IMG/VR virus record: IMGVR_UViG_3300044701_002172
Coordinates: 62,001 to 126,000 of that record
Length of the DNA: 64,000 bases
Origin: an uncultured virus (IMG/VR IMGVR_UViG_3300044701_002172)
Lineage: Duplodnaviria > Heunggongvirae > Uroviricota > Caudoviricetes
Direction: 5' to 3' (one strand)
A program made the position numbers and the translations under genes. The number at the start of each line of letters is the position of its first letter. Positions within the stretch are counted from its first letter, which is position 1. This document shows positions 54,020 through 62,922 of the stretch, one piece after another. The notes under the pieces are model-generated. The model saw only the letters and a program-made list of their open reading frames with translations. It ran no database searches and was not told where the DNA came from.

Positions 54020-54134
54020 TTGTCATCCTCCAGAGTAGATTTCAGTAGTTCGTCCACAACACGACGAGCACGATAGTTTTGAATAATATCCATCACACAA
54101 TAGCCAAAGGCAAATCCTGCCATAATACTAGTAA

Positions 54135-54401
54135 TCATAGTGCTTGTACCTCTTCCATAATGTTTTCCACATCTATCTCATCACGATGACCCATAACGTC
54201 ATCAGTGACAGTAGTATCATAGCACAGATCGTAGCCATCCTCGTTACCTTGAATGACTGCTACCTCGTACAAATCTTGCTCGTAACCATATGAACCAGGA
54301 AAACGAACAACGCTCACGCCATAACCATTAGGAAAGAAATGACGAGCTTGAACACCACCATCAATAGAATGTGGTTTGAAATTAAGATCAGTGAATTTCA
54401 T
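54135..54401 (-). CDS. Hypothetical phage protein (88 aa)
   Basis: FPNGYGVSVV..SYG...LYEVAV motif. Confidence 0.75.
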   Translation of the reverse strand: MKFTDLNFKPHSIDGGVQARHFFPNGYGVSVVRFPGSYGYEQDLYEVAVIQGNEDGYDLCYDTTVTDDVMGHRDEIDVENIMEEVQAL

Positions 54402-54681
54402 TGTCAGAATTAATGTTGAAACGATCAGACCAAGCAGTGTTGAACCTCTCTCGGAGGTTCTCGATCATAGTATAGCGTTGAACCAGCTCGCTGTCAATAG
54501 GCATGTCACCGATGCCATACGGACAGGCAAAATCTATCATGGTTTCTGCTTGACACAAAATGTCACACATCATCTCATGCTCAGCGTAAGTGAGAGTCAC
54601 AATAACATCATTTTGATCAATGTGACTATCATCTGTGGTATCCTCAACAACAGGATAGTTGGCAACAGAAAGGGCAATCAT
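54388..54681 (-). CDS. Hypothetical protein (97 aa)
   Basis: ORF track. Confidence 0.65.
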   Translation of the reverse strand: MIALSVANYPVVEDTTDDSHIDQNDVIVTLTYAEHEMMCDILCQAETMIDFACPYGIGDMPIDSELVQRYTMIENLRERFNTAWSDRFNINSDNEIH

Positions 54682-54683
54682 GA

Positions 54684-54839
54684 TCAGAAAGAAATTTCGT
54701 CGAGAGTGGGCACGTTCATGTCGCTGGTAGCGTCAAGAATTTCAGTGACACTGTTGCTGGTGATAGCATCGAGAATGTTAAGGATTTGCTCGCCGTTAGC
54801 ACCTTTACGAAGCATGGAAATCAGAACTTGCTTGCTCAT
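54684..54839 (-). CDS. Hypothetical protein (51 aa, MSKQVLISML...)
   Basis: 3' part of the track ORF. Confidence 0.6.
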   Translation of the reverse strand: MSKQVLISMLRKGANGEQILNILDAITSNSVTEILDATSDMNVPTLDEISF

Positions 54840-54864
54840 GGTAATAAAATAATAAGGTTTACAA

Positions 54865-55026
54865 TCAGTTTTCGATGGGGAACAGCTGCCAGGTGTCTGG
54901 GTGAATTCCCATTTCCTCACAGCGAACCTCGTAGGCAATACGTTGGAGCAGACGTAGATCCATGTTCATGACCGCTTTACGGATCGTGTGGCGGATCTGG
55001 GCGTCTTGGGCGGTGTCAGTAACCAT
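54865..55026 (-). CDS. Hypothetical protein (53 aa, MVTDTAQDAQIR...)
   Basis: Hand-translated; repeated leader, TATACT 55052-57 and palindrome 55089-55110. Confidence 0.65.
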   Translation of the reverse strand: MVTDTAQDAQIRHTIRKAVMNMDLRLLQRIAYEVRCEEMGIHPDTWQLFPIEN

Positions 55027-55098
55027 TGTCGGTTCCGTTGTTGACTTACTCAGTATAGGGGTGGAACCACCCCGATGTGGGGTGGTTTGGGTCAGTTG

Positions 55099-55563
55099 TC
55101 AGGCTGGCACAACCTCAGGCATTTCCAGCTCGTGAGTGTTGCCACTGCCCCAGCCGATCCTGTAGGCTCGCCACTTGCCCTCTGTGGTGTAGAGGTAGGC
55201 ATACTCTTCCCCAGAGTCACCGCTGGTGAACTCCTCAAAGGTGCCATGCTGAACCCACAGCTCTTCGCCACGCTCAGTGTGGTAGAGAGGCTGAGGGGCA
55301 CGAGTGGGGGAGTAGACCCAGTTGCCGTCCATGTCACGAGCGATGTCACCGTTCACATCACGAACCACCGAGGTGATCCACAGATGAGTGGTACGAAGCG
55401 AAGACATGCTGCCACCGTCGATCAGCTCACGAACAGCCTCACGATCCTGGTAGTGCTCAGCCAAAACACGCCCGTTGCCCTCCAGGTAGCCATCGTAGTG
55501 GCAGTAGGTGCTGACGATGCTGTTGTCAGGAAGTTGGTAGCCGATCCGAGAGCGAGTGCCCAT
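55099..55563 (-). CDS. Hypothetical phage protein (MGTRSRIG...YCHYDGY type, 154 aa)
   Basis: Motifs YCHYDGY..GNG..L and EEYAYLY. Confidence 0.75.
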   Translation of the reverse strand: MGTRSRIGYQLPDNSIVSTYCHYDGYLEGNGRVLAEHYQDREAVRELIDGGSMSSLRTTHLWITSVVRDVNGDIARDMDGNWVYSPTRAPQPLYHTERGEELWVQHGTFEEFTSGDSGEEYAYLYTTEGKWRAYRIGWGSGNTHELEMPEVVPA

Positions 55564-55609
55564 GGTTGTTTCTGGTGGTGGTGGAGGTCCGTTTGCCTCC
55601 GATGAACCT

Positions 55610-55667
55610 AATATAGGGCAAAGCAAAGGGGGCGTCAAGCCCCCTGTGCCACTCTGTCAACTGTCAC
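55610..55667 (-). promoter_or_regulatory. Early promoter cassette
   Basis: TTGACG(55633-38, inside a GGGGG/CCCCC hairpin)-17-TATATT; palindrome 55646-55667. Confidence 0.75.
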
Positions 55668-55913
55668 ACACCATGTTCTCTCATGCTTCTCACAAGATAC
55701 GATGTAAATTGTTCCATTTTTTCTGGTGATACTGATTGAGGACAATAATGAATGGCATTCCGTAGAGCGACCATTTCATTGTATTCTTCCTGAGTCAGTA
55801 GATCTTTTTTGTTTGAATAGGTCATCTTGTGTCAGCGTTTCAACACATTATACTAGTATTTAACTAAAAACTACTAGTTCTTAATGTTGTGTTTATATTT
55901 GTGTGTAGTAATG

Positions 55914-56135
55914 TTACGCTCCAAATGGACCCCAACTACCTTTATCACCACCCATACGCTGTTCAAGTTTATCAATCAACTCATCGATTTTCATGAGTTG
56001 ATCAATATCACCAATCATAGCAGAGATAGTTTTACATACCAGTGGTCGTTCTTGGCGAGCAGCATAAGCAAGAGCATTACGAAGTGATGCTTCAGCTTCT
56101 TTCAGACTGGATTCAACAGATTCAGACAATGCCAT
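55914..56135 (-). CDS. Hypothetical protein (MALSESV...)
   Basis: ORF track. Confidence 0.7.
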   Translation of the reverse strand: MALSESVESSLKEAEASLRNALAYAARQERPLVCKTISAMIGDIDQLMKIDELIDKLEQRMGGDKGSWGPFGA

Positions 56136-56137
56136 AA

Positions 56138-56383
56138 TTAACTCCAAATTTGAATAAGTTTAATAGTTTCTACAGTAGCAAAAAACCCACGAATAGCTAA
56201 TATATCATACATTTTAATTTTTTGAAAGTACGGCCACGAAAGAGCATTGCCTACCAATCTAAACATGATGCCAACTTCTACGCTGGTAAACAGCAGTACA
56301 CCATATCCAACAATAAACATGGAATTACCAATAATTCTGCCGTAACTTAATAACTTATATTTCGGATCTATAAACTGATTCAT
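56138..56383 (-). CDS. Small membrane protein (81 aa)
   Basis: Hydrophobic segments. Confidence 0.65.
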   Translation of the reverse strand: MNQFIDPKYKLLSYGRIIGNSMFIVGYGVLLFTSVEVGIMFRLVGNALSWPYFQKIKMYDILAIRGFFATVETIKLIQIWS

Positions 56384-56655
56384 GTCATTGTCTCATAATG
56401 TTTAGCGAGAGTGTCAATCAATTTTTTAGTTTCTTTTTTTGTAAACAACACCTCAGCAAATGCCCCACAACCATACCTGGATTTCTTTCCCAAGACATAC
56501 AAAAAGGCATACTTAATACGATTCCACAGCCCCATGTCAGACAGATGAACATGAAACCAAATAGTATCATTAAAGTCTGGGTCTGGATCAAATGACAAAA
56601 CAATTTGGTGATCAATCTCACCACATTGACAAACAAATAGAGTATTATTTTCCAT
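56380..56655 (-). CDS. Hypothetical protein (91 aa)
   Basis: ORF track; operon packing. Confidence 0.65.
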   Translation of the reverse strand: MENNTLFVCQCGEIDHQIVLSFDPDPDFNDTIWFHVHLSDMGLWNRIKYAFLYVLGKKSRYGCGAFAEVLFTKKETKKLIDTLAKHYETMT

Positions 56656-56917
56656 GATTGCTAATAGTAGTTTGCCAAAATGTACTAGTCATGTGTTGTG
56701 ATCCTGCCATTTTTGCTACAATGTTGCCATCAATCAACGCCACAAGCGTTGGTGTTGCTTCAACGCCACATTGCTTAGCAAAATCAGACCACACACCGTC
56801 AACTTTAGCAGGAGTGATGTTTACTACATCTTCCCACCCAGAAACTTTTTTCAGTTGAGTTTCGGCGTACAAGCAGGGACGACATCCCTCTTGTACAAAT
56901 AAATGAATTTCTTTCAT
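56645..56917 (-). CDS. Thioredoxin/glutaredoxin-like protein
   Basis: CRPC motif and cis-Pro loop GVEATPTLV. Confidence 0.8.
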   Translation of the reverse strand: MKEIHLFVQEGCRPCLYAETQLKKVSGWEDVVNITPAKVDGVWSDFAKQCGVEATPTLVALIDGNIVAKMAGSQHMTSTFWQTTISNHGK

Positions 56918-57270
56918 GATAGCAGTTCTTTAATAGTCATGTCATTGGTCATTGCTTCCATTTCCTCCTCAGTATATTGAGGATTTTCAGGATTCTTGAG
57001 GCGAGAGAGTTCAGCTTTCACACTATCAAGTTCTTTTCCTGCTTGAATAGTAGTTTGAAAAGCATCAAGAAATTTATTATGATACTCATCAGCAACAAAG
57101 TTTAGATACTTGTAGGTGATGTTGAGAAGATCTCCTGTCTCATTTCGCCCAGGATAGTCATTCTCGAACGAATCCAAGCAAGTAGAAACAAGAACCTTGA
57201 GTTCATCGAAAGAGCACTCACAAAGAGAAAGTTCGTTCATCTTATCCCAAACTTCACGGTAGCTGGTCAT
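56914..57270 (-). CDS. Hypothetical protein (MTSYREVW...)
   Basis: ORF track; AGGAG upstream of the ATG at 57270. Confidence 0.65.
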   Translation of the reverse strand: MTSYREVWDKMNELSLCECSFDELKVLVSTCLDSFENDYPGRNETGDLLNITYKYLNFVADEYHNKFLDAFQTTIQAGKELDSVKAELSRLKNPENPQYTEEEMEAMTNDMTIKELLS

Positions 57271-57454
57271 GGGAGGTCTCCTGGTTGACGATGGGTGTAT
57301 TGTAGGACGCTTGCTCCAACCTGTCAAGCCTGTTCAGGATCTCATACACAGTATTATCTGTCTCAACCAATTCAGTTTTGAGACGTTCTACTTCATTTTC
57401 AAGATAGTTAATTCTATCTTGTAAGGATTCATATTCAAAGTTGTATTCACTCAT
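57254..57454 (-). CDS. Coiled-coil hypothetical protein (66 aa)
   Basis: ORF track. Confidence 0.65.
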   Translation of the reverse strand: MSEYNFEYESLQDRINYLENEVERLKTELVETDNTVYEILNRLDRLEQASYNTPIVNQETSHDQLP

Positions 57455-57455
57455 G

Positions 57456-57968
57456 TTATGCTACCCATTCTGGTTTACGTTCTGGCATACGAAGATAATT
57501 AGATGCAACCCAAGGTTTGGACGAAATATACATTTTGTAAGCAGTAAAAGTGTCAATGCTTGTGTCAAGTTTAAATTCATCTGGCATCGCTCGTGTAAAT
57601 TCTGTTACTTCTGTGATCTTACCCTTGGGAAACAAATAATATGCTTCAACTAAAGTATTATAACATGAATGAATTTTATTGTAACGAATAGCATATTCAT
57701 CACAAAGGTTCATGCCATGTTTAATCAGCCAATAGGCATTGTGAATAGATGCCGCTGCCCACTGTGTACAGGGATGATTACGAAATGCTCCTTTTGCTGT
57801 AGCATATGGAGTTTGATCTATTTTGTGAATATCGCCATAACTATGATACCATTTAGATGCTACAATAGAGAGCATTTGACAGCATTCAAGAGGCATCTTA
57901 ACAATATGCTTGTCGGGAAGACAAATAGCAGATTCAGCTGGCCATTGAGAAGTAACAAAAATGTTCAT
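57456..57968 (-). CDS. Pyrimidine-dimer DNA glycosylase / endonuclease V-like protein
   Basis: MNIFVT....SA..LPDKHIVKMPLE.CQMLS; NHPCT.W; EY..RY.K.H; F.RAMPD. Confidence 0.8.
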   Translation of the reverse strand: MNIFVTSQWPAESAICLPDKHIVKMPLECCQMLSIVASKWYHSYGDIHKIDQTPYATAKGAFRNHPCTQWAAASIHNAYWLIKHGMNLCDEYAIRYNKIHSCYNTLVEAYYLFPKGKITEVTEFTRAMPDEFKLDTSIDTFTAYKMYISSKPWVASNYLRMPERKPEWVA

Positions 57969-58132
57969 AGGATTCCAACTTCCTTTAAGTAATTACGATA
58001 GCGCATAAATCGACCAAGACTGGGTTGGTTCACAACTTGTAACTGATGGCAAATTTCACAATAGCACAACCAATCATACCATGGTGTGCTAGGATCTAAT
58101 ACGTGATACTTTATTTCTGATTGCTTCGACAT
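57965..58132 (-). CDS. Small hypothetical protein (55 aa, ..HVLDPSTPWYDWLCYCEIC..)
   Basis: Hand-translated; ATGA-coupled to the glycosylase gene. Confidence 0.55.
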   Translation of the reverse strand: MSKQSEIKYHVLDPSTPWYDWLCYCEICHQLQVVNQPSLGRFMRYRNYLKEVGIL

Positions 58133-59507
58133 AATCAAGATGATGTGTTGTGTCAGTTTTGTATTCTGGTTGCTTGAAGGGTAATACCTCAGAAGATATG
58201 TCCCAATTATGATCTTTAGCCGCTATAGTGTGCATAAACATAATATAATCATCATGATCAATATATTGATCACCTAAAAGATTTATAATATGTTCTTGAT
58301 AATCATATTTTACATTTTTATGGTCTATCCAAAATCGAGTATCATCACGTTGACATGTTTTATATTGAGTTAAAATAAAAGCTGCCCAAAACTTGTATCG
58401 ACTTTCAATCCTATCATTAATAACTTCCCTCAAACTATTCACAATATTTTTATCTGGAATATCTTTCCATTGTTGTAAAATAGGTTTTAAATGATTAATG
58501 ACATCAATTGTCAATGTTAGCCCAGGAGCATCTAATGGTTCTAGAAATCCATTAGCTAAACCAAGAGTACAGTAATTTTCGTGATATGTTTTTTTATTAT
58601 ATCGAGGATAAAAATTAACGAGCCTCGGTTCTATATCTACACCAACATCATTAATAAACTCTTCTCTGGCTCTATCTTCACTGACATAGTTAGAACTAAA
58701 TGTATACCCTGTACCAATTCTCGAATAAGTTGGTGTTATCCATCTCCACCCATACTTCATAGTTTTTGCTACTGTGTATGGATGAAATTGATTTCTTTTA
58801 TCAGTATATTCTAGTGGATATACAAAAGCTTTGTTTGTTAACAATACATCAGACAAATCAACATATTCTTCATTCAAAATATCATTGTAACCAGTGGCAA
58901 TAATATAATAATCTGCTGTGATTACGGTGTCTTTATCAGTAATAAGTCTCTCAATTTTATCATTTGTTTTTTCTACTTTAACAATAGTTTCTGCTAATGT
59001 AGAAACATGTTTGTGCTTCTTACAATGCTTAGAAATAAAATTAATATACTTACCAGCATCAAAATGCCATGATTTTGGATAAAAGAAATCAGATTTAAAT
59101 ACGTGATTATCTTTTACTGTATCATTTAAATTACAGGCAATAAGATCATTGATTGAAACATCTTTCGGTTTATTTGCCAAAAGTCTATAAAACATAGTTG
59201 TATGAATGCTCATGGCATTCGATGACCTATTGTTTTTGAAATTGTGAATAAAGTTGTTTTTAGACCAGTTCTTATAATAGACACCATACTTCACAGCAGC
59301 ATCGGATTCGGCAATAAAAATATCATGGTTTACACCAATTTCTTGATGAAAACCATTTAACTTAATTGTATTGGATTCCCCAACCCCAATGCTAGGAATA
59401 TGGGGAGAACCTACAATTATAATTTCACTAAAAAACTCTTTTTTAACTGCCATAGCAGCACAAGCCATCCAGCCTGCTGCCCCAGTTCCAACAATACAGA
59501 GTTTCAT
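58089..59507 (-). CDS. Flavin-dependent (tryptophan-halogenase family) halogenase (472 aa)
   Basis: IVGTGAAGW FAD motif; SIGVGES; AAVKYG (catalytic Lys position); WHFDA; GWRWITP; GFLEPLDAPG. Confidence 0.88.
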   Translation of the reverse strand: MKLCIVGTGAAGWMACAAMAVKKEFFSEIIIVGSPHIPSIGVGESNTIKLNGFHQEIGVNHDIFIAESDAAVKYGVYYKNWSKNNFIHNFKNNRSSNAMSIHTTMFYRLLANKPKDVSINDLIACNLNDTVKDNHVFKSDFFYPKSWHFDAGKYINFISKHCKKHKHVSTLAETIVKVEKTNDKIERLITDKDTVITADYYIIATGYNDILNEEYVDLSDVLLTNKAFVYPLEYTDKRNQFHPYTVAKTMKYGWRWITPTYSRIGTGYTFSSNYVSEDRAREEFINDVGVDIEPRLVNFYPRYNKKTYHENYCTLGLANGFLEPLDAPGLTLTIDVINHLKPILQQWKDIPDKNIVNSLREVINDRIESRYKFWAAFILTQYKTCQRDDTRFWIDHKNVKYDYQEHIINLLGDQYIDHDDYIMFMHTIAAKDHNWDISSEVLPFKQPEYKTDTTHHLDYVEAIRNKVSRIRS

Positions 59508-59725
59508 AGTTTTCCGCCTACTGTTCCTTCGTGTTGTTTGGTTTCTGGAAATCCTTCTTGAAGCCATTTAAGATAGCATCGAGTAGCATTAACACATTGT
59601 TCTTCTGTGAGAGAAGTGATGATGGGTTTCTCGTCTTTGTCAAAAGAATGCCAAAGTCCATAGTTAGTTTGTTTTAAATAAAACGCCCCCTCGTCATAAA
59701 AAATTGGCTCTTGCTGGTTGCTCAT
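59504..59725 (-). CDS. Hypothetical protein
   Basis: ORF track; GGAG RBS before MSNQQ. Confidence 0.65.
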   Translation of the reverse strand: MSNQQEPIFYDEGAFYLKQTNYGLWHSFDKDEKPIITSLTEEQCVNATRCYLKWLQEGFPETKQHEGTVGGKL

Positions 59726-59921
59726 CTGGTACTCCTTCAATAATAATTTGTGCTGGTTTATCATTCCAATGACGAACTACTCCAGCAATGATAAAACAGT
59801 TAGTAATAAGATACGTAACAAAAATAATAGTTCTAACGATTGCCACTCGGTCTGCCACGTCGTCTTTTTTGTGTGCTTTCTCCCCCAGTGCTAGTGCCCA
59901 CAGATGCCACAGGTGTTTCAT
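59694..59921 (-). CDS. Small membrane protein (MKHLWHLWALALGEKA...)
   Basis: TM segment TIIFVTYLITNCFIIAGVV. Confidence 0.7.
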   Translation of the reverse strand: MKHLWHLWALALGEKAHKKDDVADRVAIVRTIIFVTYLITNCFIIAGVVRHWNDKPAQIIIEGVPDEQPARANFL

Positions 59922-60210
59922 TTGGTTCAAAAAATTGATCGAGAGATGAGAATAGTTGTTGTTTGGGTTTCCTGCCACGTTTCTTTGGTGTTTCTACTGG
60001 TTCTTCCTTGTCCACTACAGGAAGTGGCACAGCAAGAGTAGGATCTTGATAATGGATGGTAGCATCCTTGGTCTTGATGCTGTAACGAGTCAGATGTTTA
60101 TCAAGGTGATTCTGGCATTGAAACCAGCAGATTTTATGTTCCTTCCCGTCCTGATACTCTAGACGAATCGGAAACCCAGTGTGAGGGAACAGGTCTTGGT
60201 CTTGCTTCAT
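59833..60210 (-). CDS. Hypothetical protein with basic tail
   Basis: ORF track; FP.RLE..CWFQC..HL.K motif. Confidence 0.6.
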   Translation of the reverse strand: MKQDQDLFPHTGFPIRLEYQDGKEHKICWFQCQNHLDKHLTRYSIKTKDATIHYQDPTLAVPLPVVDKEEPVETPKKRGRKPKQQLFSSLDQFFEPNETPVASVGTSTGGESTQKRRRGRPSGNR

Positions 60211-60556
60211 AATGTTGTAGTTTGCCGTTAAGGAAAGTAAGAGAGCATTCTGGCCAGTCATCCCACTGACCTTTGTGAGTCTGTGGATATACTACCACAG
60301 TTTTGGACAGTTGGCAAGCCTTGACCCTGCCATGGTTGCCGTTGAGGATGTATTCTAATCCTAGTAGGTTTTCATCTGAATCTACAATGTCATAAATGTC
60401 TTCATCTTCGATCACCCACAACCTACCAGATGGATCCAACCAATAAAGATCTAAGAATCCCCTGTATTTCTCATTGAATGTCTTAGATTGACACACAGTT
60501 TCAGTAAATGGTTCGCCCAGATCGTATGATGAGCGAAAGTAATCAAACATTCCCAT
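60134..60556 (-). CDS. Hypothetical protein (MGMFDY...)
   Basis: ORF track. Confidence 0.7.
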   Translation of the reverse strand: MGMFDYFRSSYDLGEPFTETVCQSKTFNEKYRGFLDLYWLDPSGRLWVIEDEDIYDIVDSDENLLGLEYILNGNHGRVKACQLSKTVVVYPQTHKGQWDDWPECSLTFLNGKLQHYEARPRPVPSHWVSDSSRVSGREGT

Positions 60557-60560
60557 GGTA

Positions 60561-60728
60561 TTATGTGGTAGTGATTCTAAAGTTAAAACTATCTATGAAG
60601 GTTTGCCATGCCCCATCATTAAATTCTTTTGTCTCATAAGAAAAACGATACCCGTTTTCTTCTTGTATAGCATAGTCAATCTCACACTGAATGAGTGCTC
60701 GGAGTTGTTCGATTTGTTCTTTAGTCAT
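60561..60728 (-). CDS. Hypothetical protein (55 aa, MTKEQIEQLR...)
   Basis: Hand-translated; ATGA-coupled. Confidence 0.55.
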   Translation of the reverse strand: MTKEQIEQLRALIQCEIDYAIQEENGYRFSYETKEFNDGAWQTFIDSFNFRITTT

Positions 60729-61261
60729 CCCAGTTTCCTCTTAATAGTTTCAAGACAGTCATTCCAACCTTCTACCAGTTCTTCAACACCAATAGATTGA
60801 GAACCTTCAGCAGATTGTGGTTTAGGCAACCACTTCTTGATACGCTCAATCAAATCATCAATTGATTCATTGGATGACAAACTGGATTTAACTGTGAAGA
60901 TATCACTCCACCAATCATCAATCACATCACCAAGAGTGGGACCAAAGGTGAATTTGAGTGATCCTTGTGGATTAGCAGAAATGTCAGCAGCAAACATCTT
61001 CTCAAGCAGTCGGAATGTTTCAGCATCATCTACACGAGTTAGAATGCCACCTTCATCGTTCTCACGCCACCACTTGACCCAACCATCACTATGACGATAG
61101 TGATTACGATAGTATGTGGTATTGTTGTAATCAACACAATACACCGTGCCTTCTTTCAGCGATTCCATTTTAGGAATGGGTGTCTTCTCAATCTCTTCAA
61201 GCAGTGCTACTTTCTTTTCAAGTAGTTTGATTTGTGCTTTTACTTCTTCAATTTCAGTCAT
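60725..61261 (-). CDS. Hypothetical protein (178 aa)
   Basis: ORF track. Confidence 0.7.
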   Translation of the reverse strand: MTEIEEVKAQIKLLEKKVALLEEIEKTPIPKMESLKEGTVYCVDYNNTTYYRNHYRHSDGWVKWWRENDEGGILTRVDDAETFRLLEKMFAADISANPQGSLKFTFGPTLGDVIDDWWSDIFTVKSSLSSNESIDDLIERIKKWLPKPQSAEGSQSIGVEELVEGWNDCLETIKRKLG

Positions 61262-61463
61262 TTTTTTCTACCCAAGTACAAGCAAAACAAATCTTCATCA
61301 TAAACCTCACAAATCTATTAGGAACAGTTCCTTCGTTTGGTGTCCATTGAATACCATTACCAGGAGAACCACCAAACATATAACAAGTCCAGTCAGATAG
61401 CTTTGGATTGTGAATTTGTAATTGATAGTCAGGGAATTTAGTTTCGTAGAATTTATCAGTCAT
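61254..61463 (-). CDS. Hypothetical protein (69 aa)
   Basis: ORF track. Confidence 0.65.
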   Translation of the reverse strand: MTDKFYETKFPDYQLQIHNPKLSDWTCYMFGGSPGNGIQWTPNEGTVPNRFVRFMMKICFACTWVEKND

Positions 61464-61645
61464 AGGTCAAAAGGTTGTTGAGGGTCTCGGGTCCACACTT
61501 TCGTATACACTAACCACTTCTCTTGTTTGTTATCCATCTCAGCAGTCCAGTGATACCCATTCTCATCAATAGCATCAAGGTAATGAATACCTTTACGGTC
61601 ATCAATCACACGAGTGACTGATACAAACTTTACTTTTTCAACCAT
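61460..61645 (-). CDS. Hypothetical protein (61 aa)
   Basis: ORF track. Confidence 0.65.
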   Translation of the reverse strand: MVEKVKFVSVTRVIDDRKGIHYLDAIDENGYHWTAEMDNKQEKWLVYTKVWTRDPQQPFDL

Positions 61646-61766
61646 AGTCAGTTACCGTTAATGATGTTCCAGAATTGTTTAGAATTAGCACCAGGAAGAT
61701 GTGGTAGTTTCTTCTCCCAGTATCCTGTGATGTGATAATACCACGATTTTAGCACATATGGGAGTT

Positions 61767-62093
61767 TCATACTCCATCTCCAGTTTCTTGCCACAAAGCA
61801 ACAGGACTATATTTTTGCTCTACTTCTTTCACACGTTCCATGAAACTATCATCACCATGATCACCACTATACAGATAATCAATATGCCTCATAATTTCTG
61901 ACATCTTACGAAGTTTAGGCAGTTGCTCTTTCAAATACTCAATCACTTCATCAGGATAGTTTGAATAGTAATAAGAATGGTCTCCATCTGTGCCTGCTTT
62001 ACCATTGTGTCGGATTTCTTCCTCCAACTCATCAGCAAATTGTGATACCTTGTAATAATCGTAACCGCAGTTACCGAAATGTCCGCCGCTCAT
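61767..62093 (-). CDS. Hypothetical protein (108 aa, MSGGHF...)
   Basis: ORF track; IDYLYSGDHG.DSF motif. Confidence 0.7.
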   Translation of the reverse strand: MSGGHFGNCGYDYYKVSQFADELEEEIRHNGKAGTDGDHSYYYSNYPDEVIEYLKEQLPKLRKMSEIMRHIDYLYSGDHGDDSFMERVKEVEQKYSPVALWQETGDGV

Positions 62094-62293
62094 TGTTGTG
62101 CCTCAATAATAGATTTGATTTGTTGAAGATCTTCTATGCGTTCTTTGGTAAGATCATACTCTTCACAATACCAATCAAGATCAGGATTTTCCTGATTGGT
62201 TTCCTCCCGAATGTCCCATTCAATACACTGAAGATGTCCTTCTTGGTCTCGAATGAAATAGTTTAGAGTGTCAAATAAAGTCATGATCTTCAA
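62090..62293 (-). CDS. Hypothetical protein (about 65 aa)
   Basis: ORF track. Confidence 0.6.
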   Translation of the reverse strand: MKIMTLFDTLNYFIRDQEGHLQCIEWDIREETNQENPDLDWYCEEYDLTKERIEDLQQIKSIIEAQQ

Positions 62294-62453
62294 AAGTAAA
62301 GTAATCAGTAATGGCAGACATCACAGCATCATTAATACGATCAAAAATAACATGTTCTTCTGGGTTTTCTACATGTTTGTGGGCAAGACGCCAACCACGT
62401 TGAACACCTTGTTCAATTGCCATTTCAAGAATAACGTGTGTTTTAGGTTTCAT
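62271..62453 (-). CDS. Hypothetical protein (60 aa)
   Basis: ORF track. Confidence 0.65.
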   Translation of the reverse strand: MKPKTHVILEMAIEQGVQRGWRLAHKHVENPEEHVIFDRINDAVMSAITDYFTFEDHDFI

Positions 62454-62696
62454 TAGTCTTCAGGGTCGTTGTGGTGAATAGCATAGTTAAACACTAATGC
62501 AATAAAAGCAAGGGCAAACCAAGATCCAAAAAAAGTAATCATCGGATGTAAAGATGTTTTTTGTTTTCAATCATATGATCCAAAACTTGTGCTAGTTTTT
62601 GTTCATATGTGGCATTGTTATGTTTCATACACTCCACATAAGCATCATGAAGGCGAGCGTACAAGTCATCCCAATGAGTTTTGTCGATAGGTTTAA

Positions 62697-62900
62697 TCAT
62701 TTCCAAATGCCAGAAACAACAGCAATACCAAGAATAATAGCAAGAAAACCAAGAGCGATCAGGAAACTAATCCAAATAGGAGAAATAACCCAAATCCAAG
62801 GCCAAGAAATAAATCCAGTGAGTTTTAGACCAACAAACAGAATAGTCAACCATCCAGCAAATCCCATGCCAGAGTTGACGGTAGTAGTGTTGCTAGACAT
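62697..62900 (-). CDS. Small two-TM membrane protein (67 aa; LKLTG.I.W.W.WV.SPIW motif)
   Basis: Start downstream of the promoter at 62923-62951. Confidence 0.7.
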   Translation of the reverse strand: MSSNTTTVNSGMGFAGWLTILFVGLKLTGFISWPWIWVISPIWISFLIALGFLAIILGIAVVSGIWK

Positions 62901-62922
62901 GTGTTTTGTTTGAACTGAAGAC

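Noticed and set aside
60561..60728. Suspected frameshift at the start of a small ORF
   Set aside because: On recount the frame is intact (ATG ACT AAA GAA)
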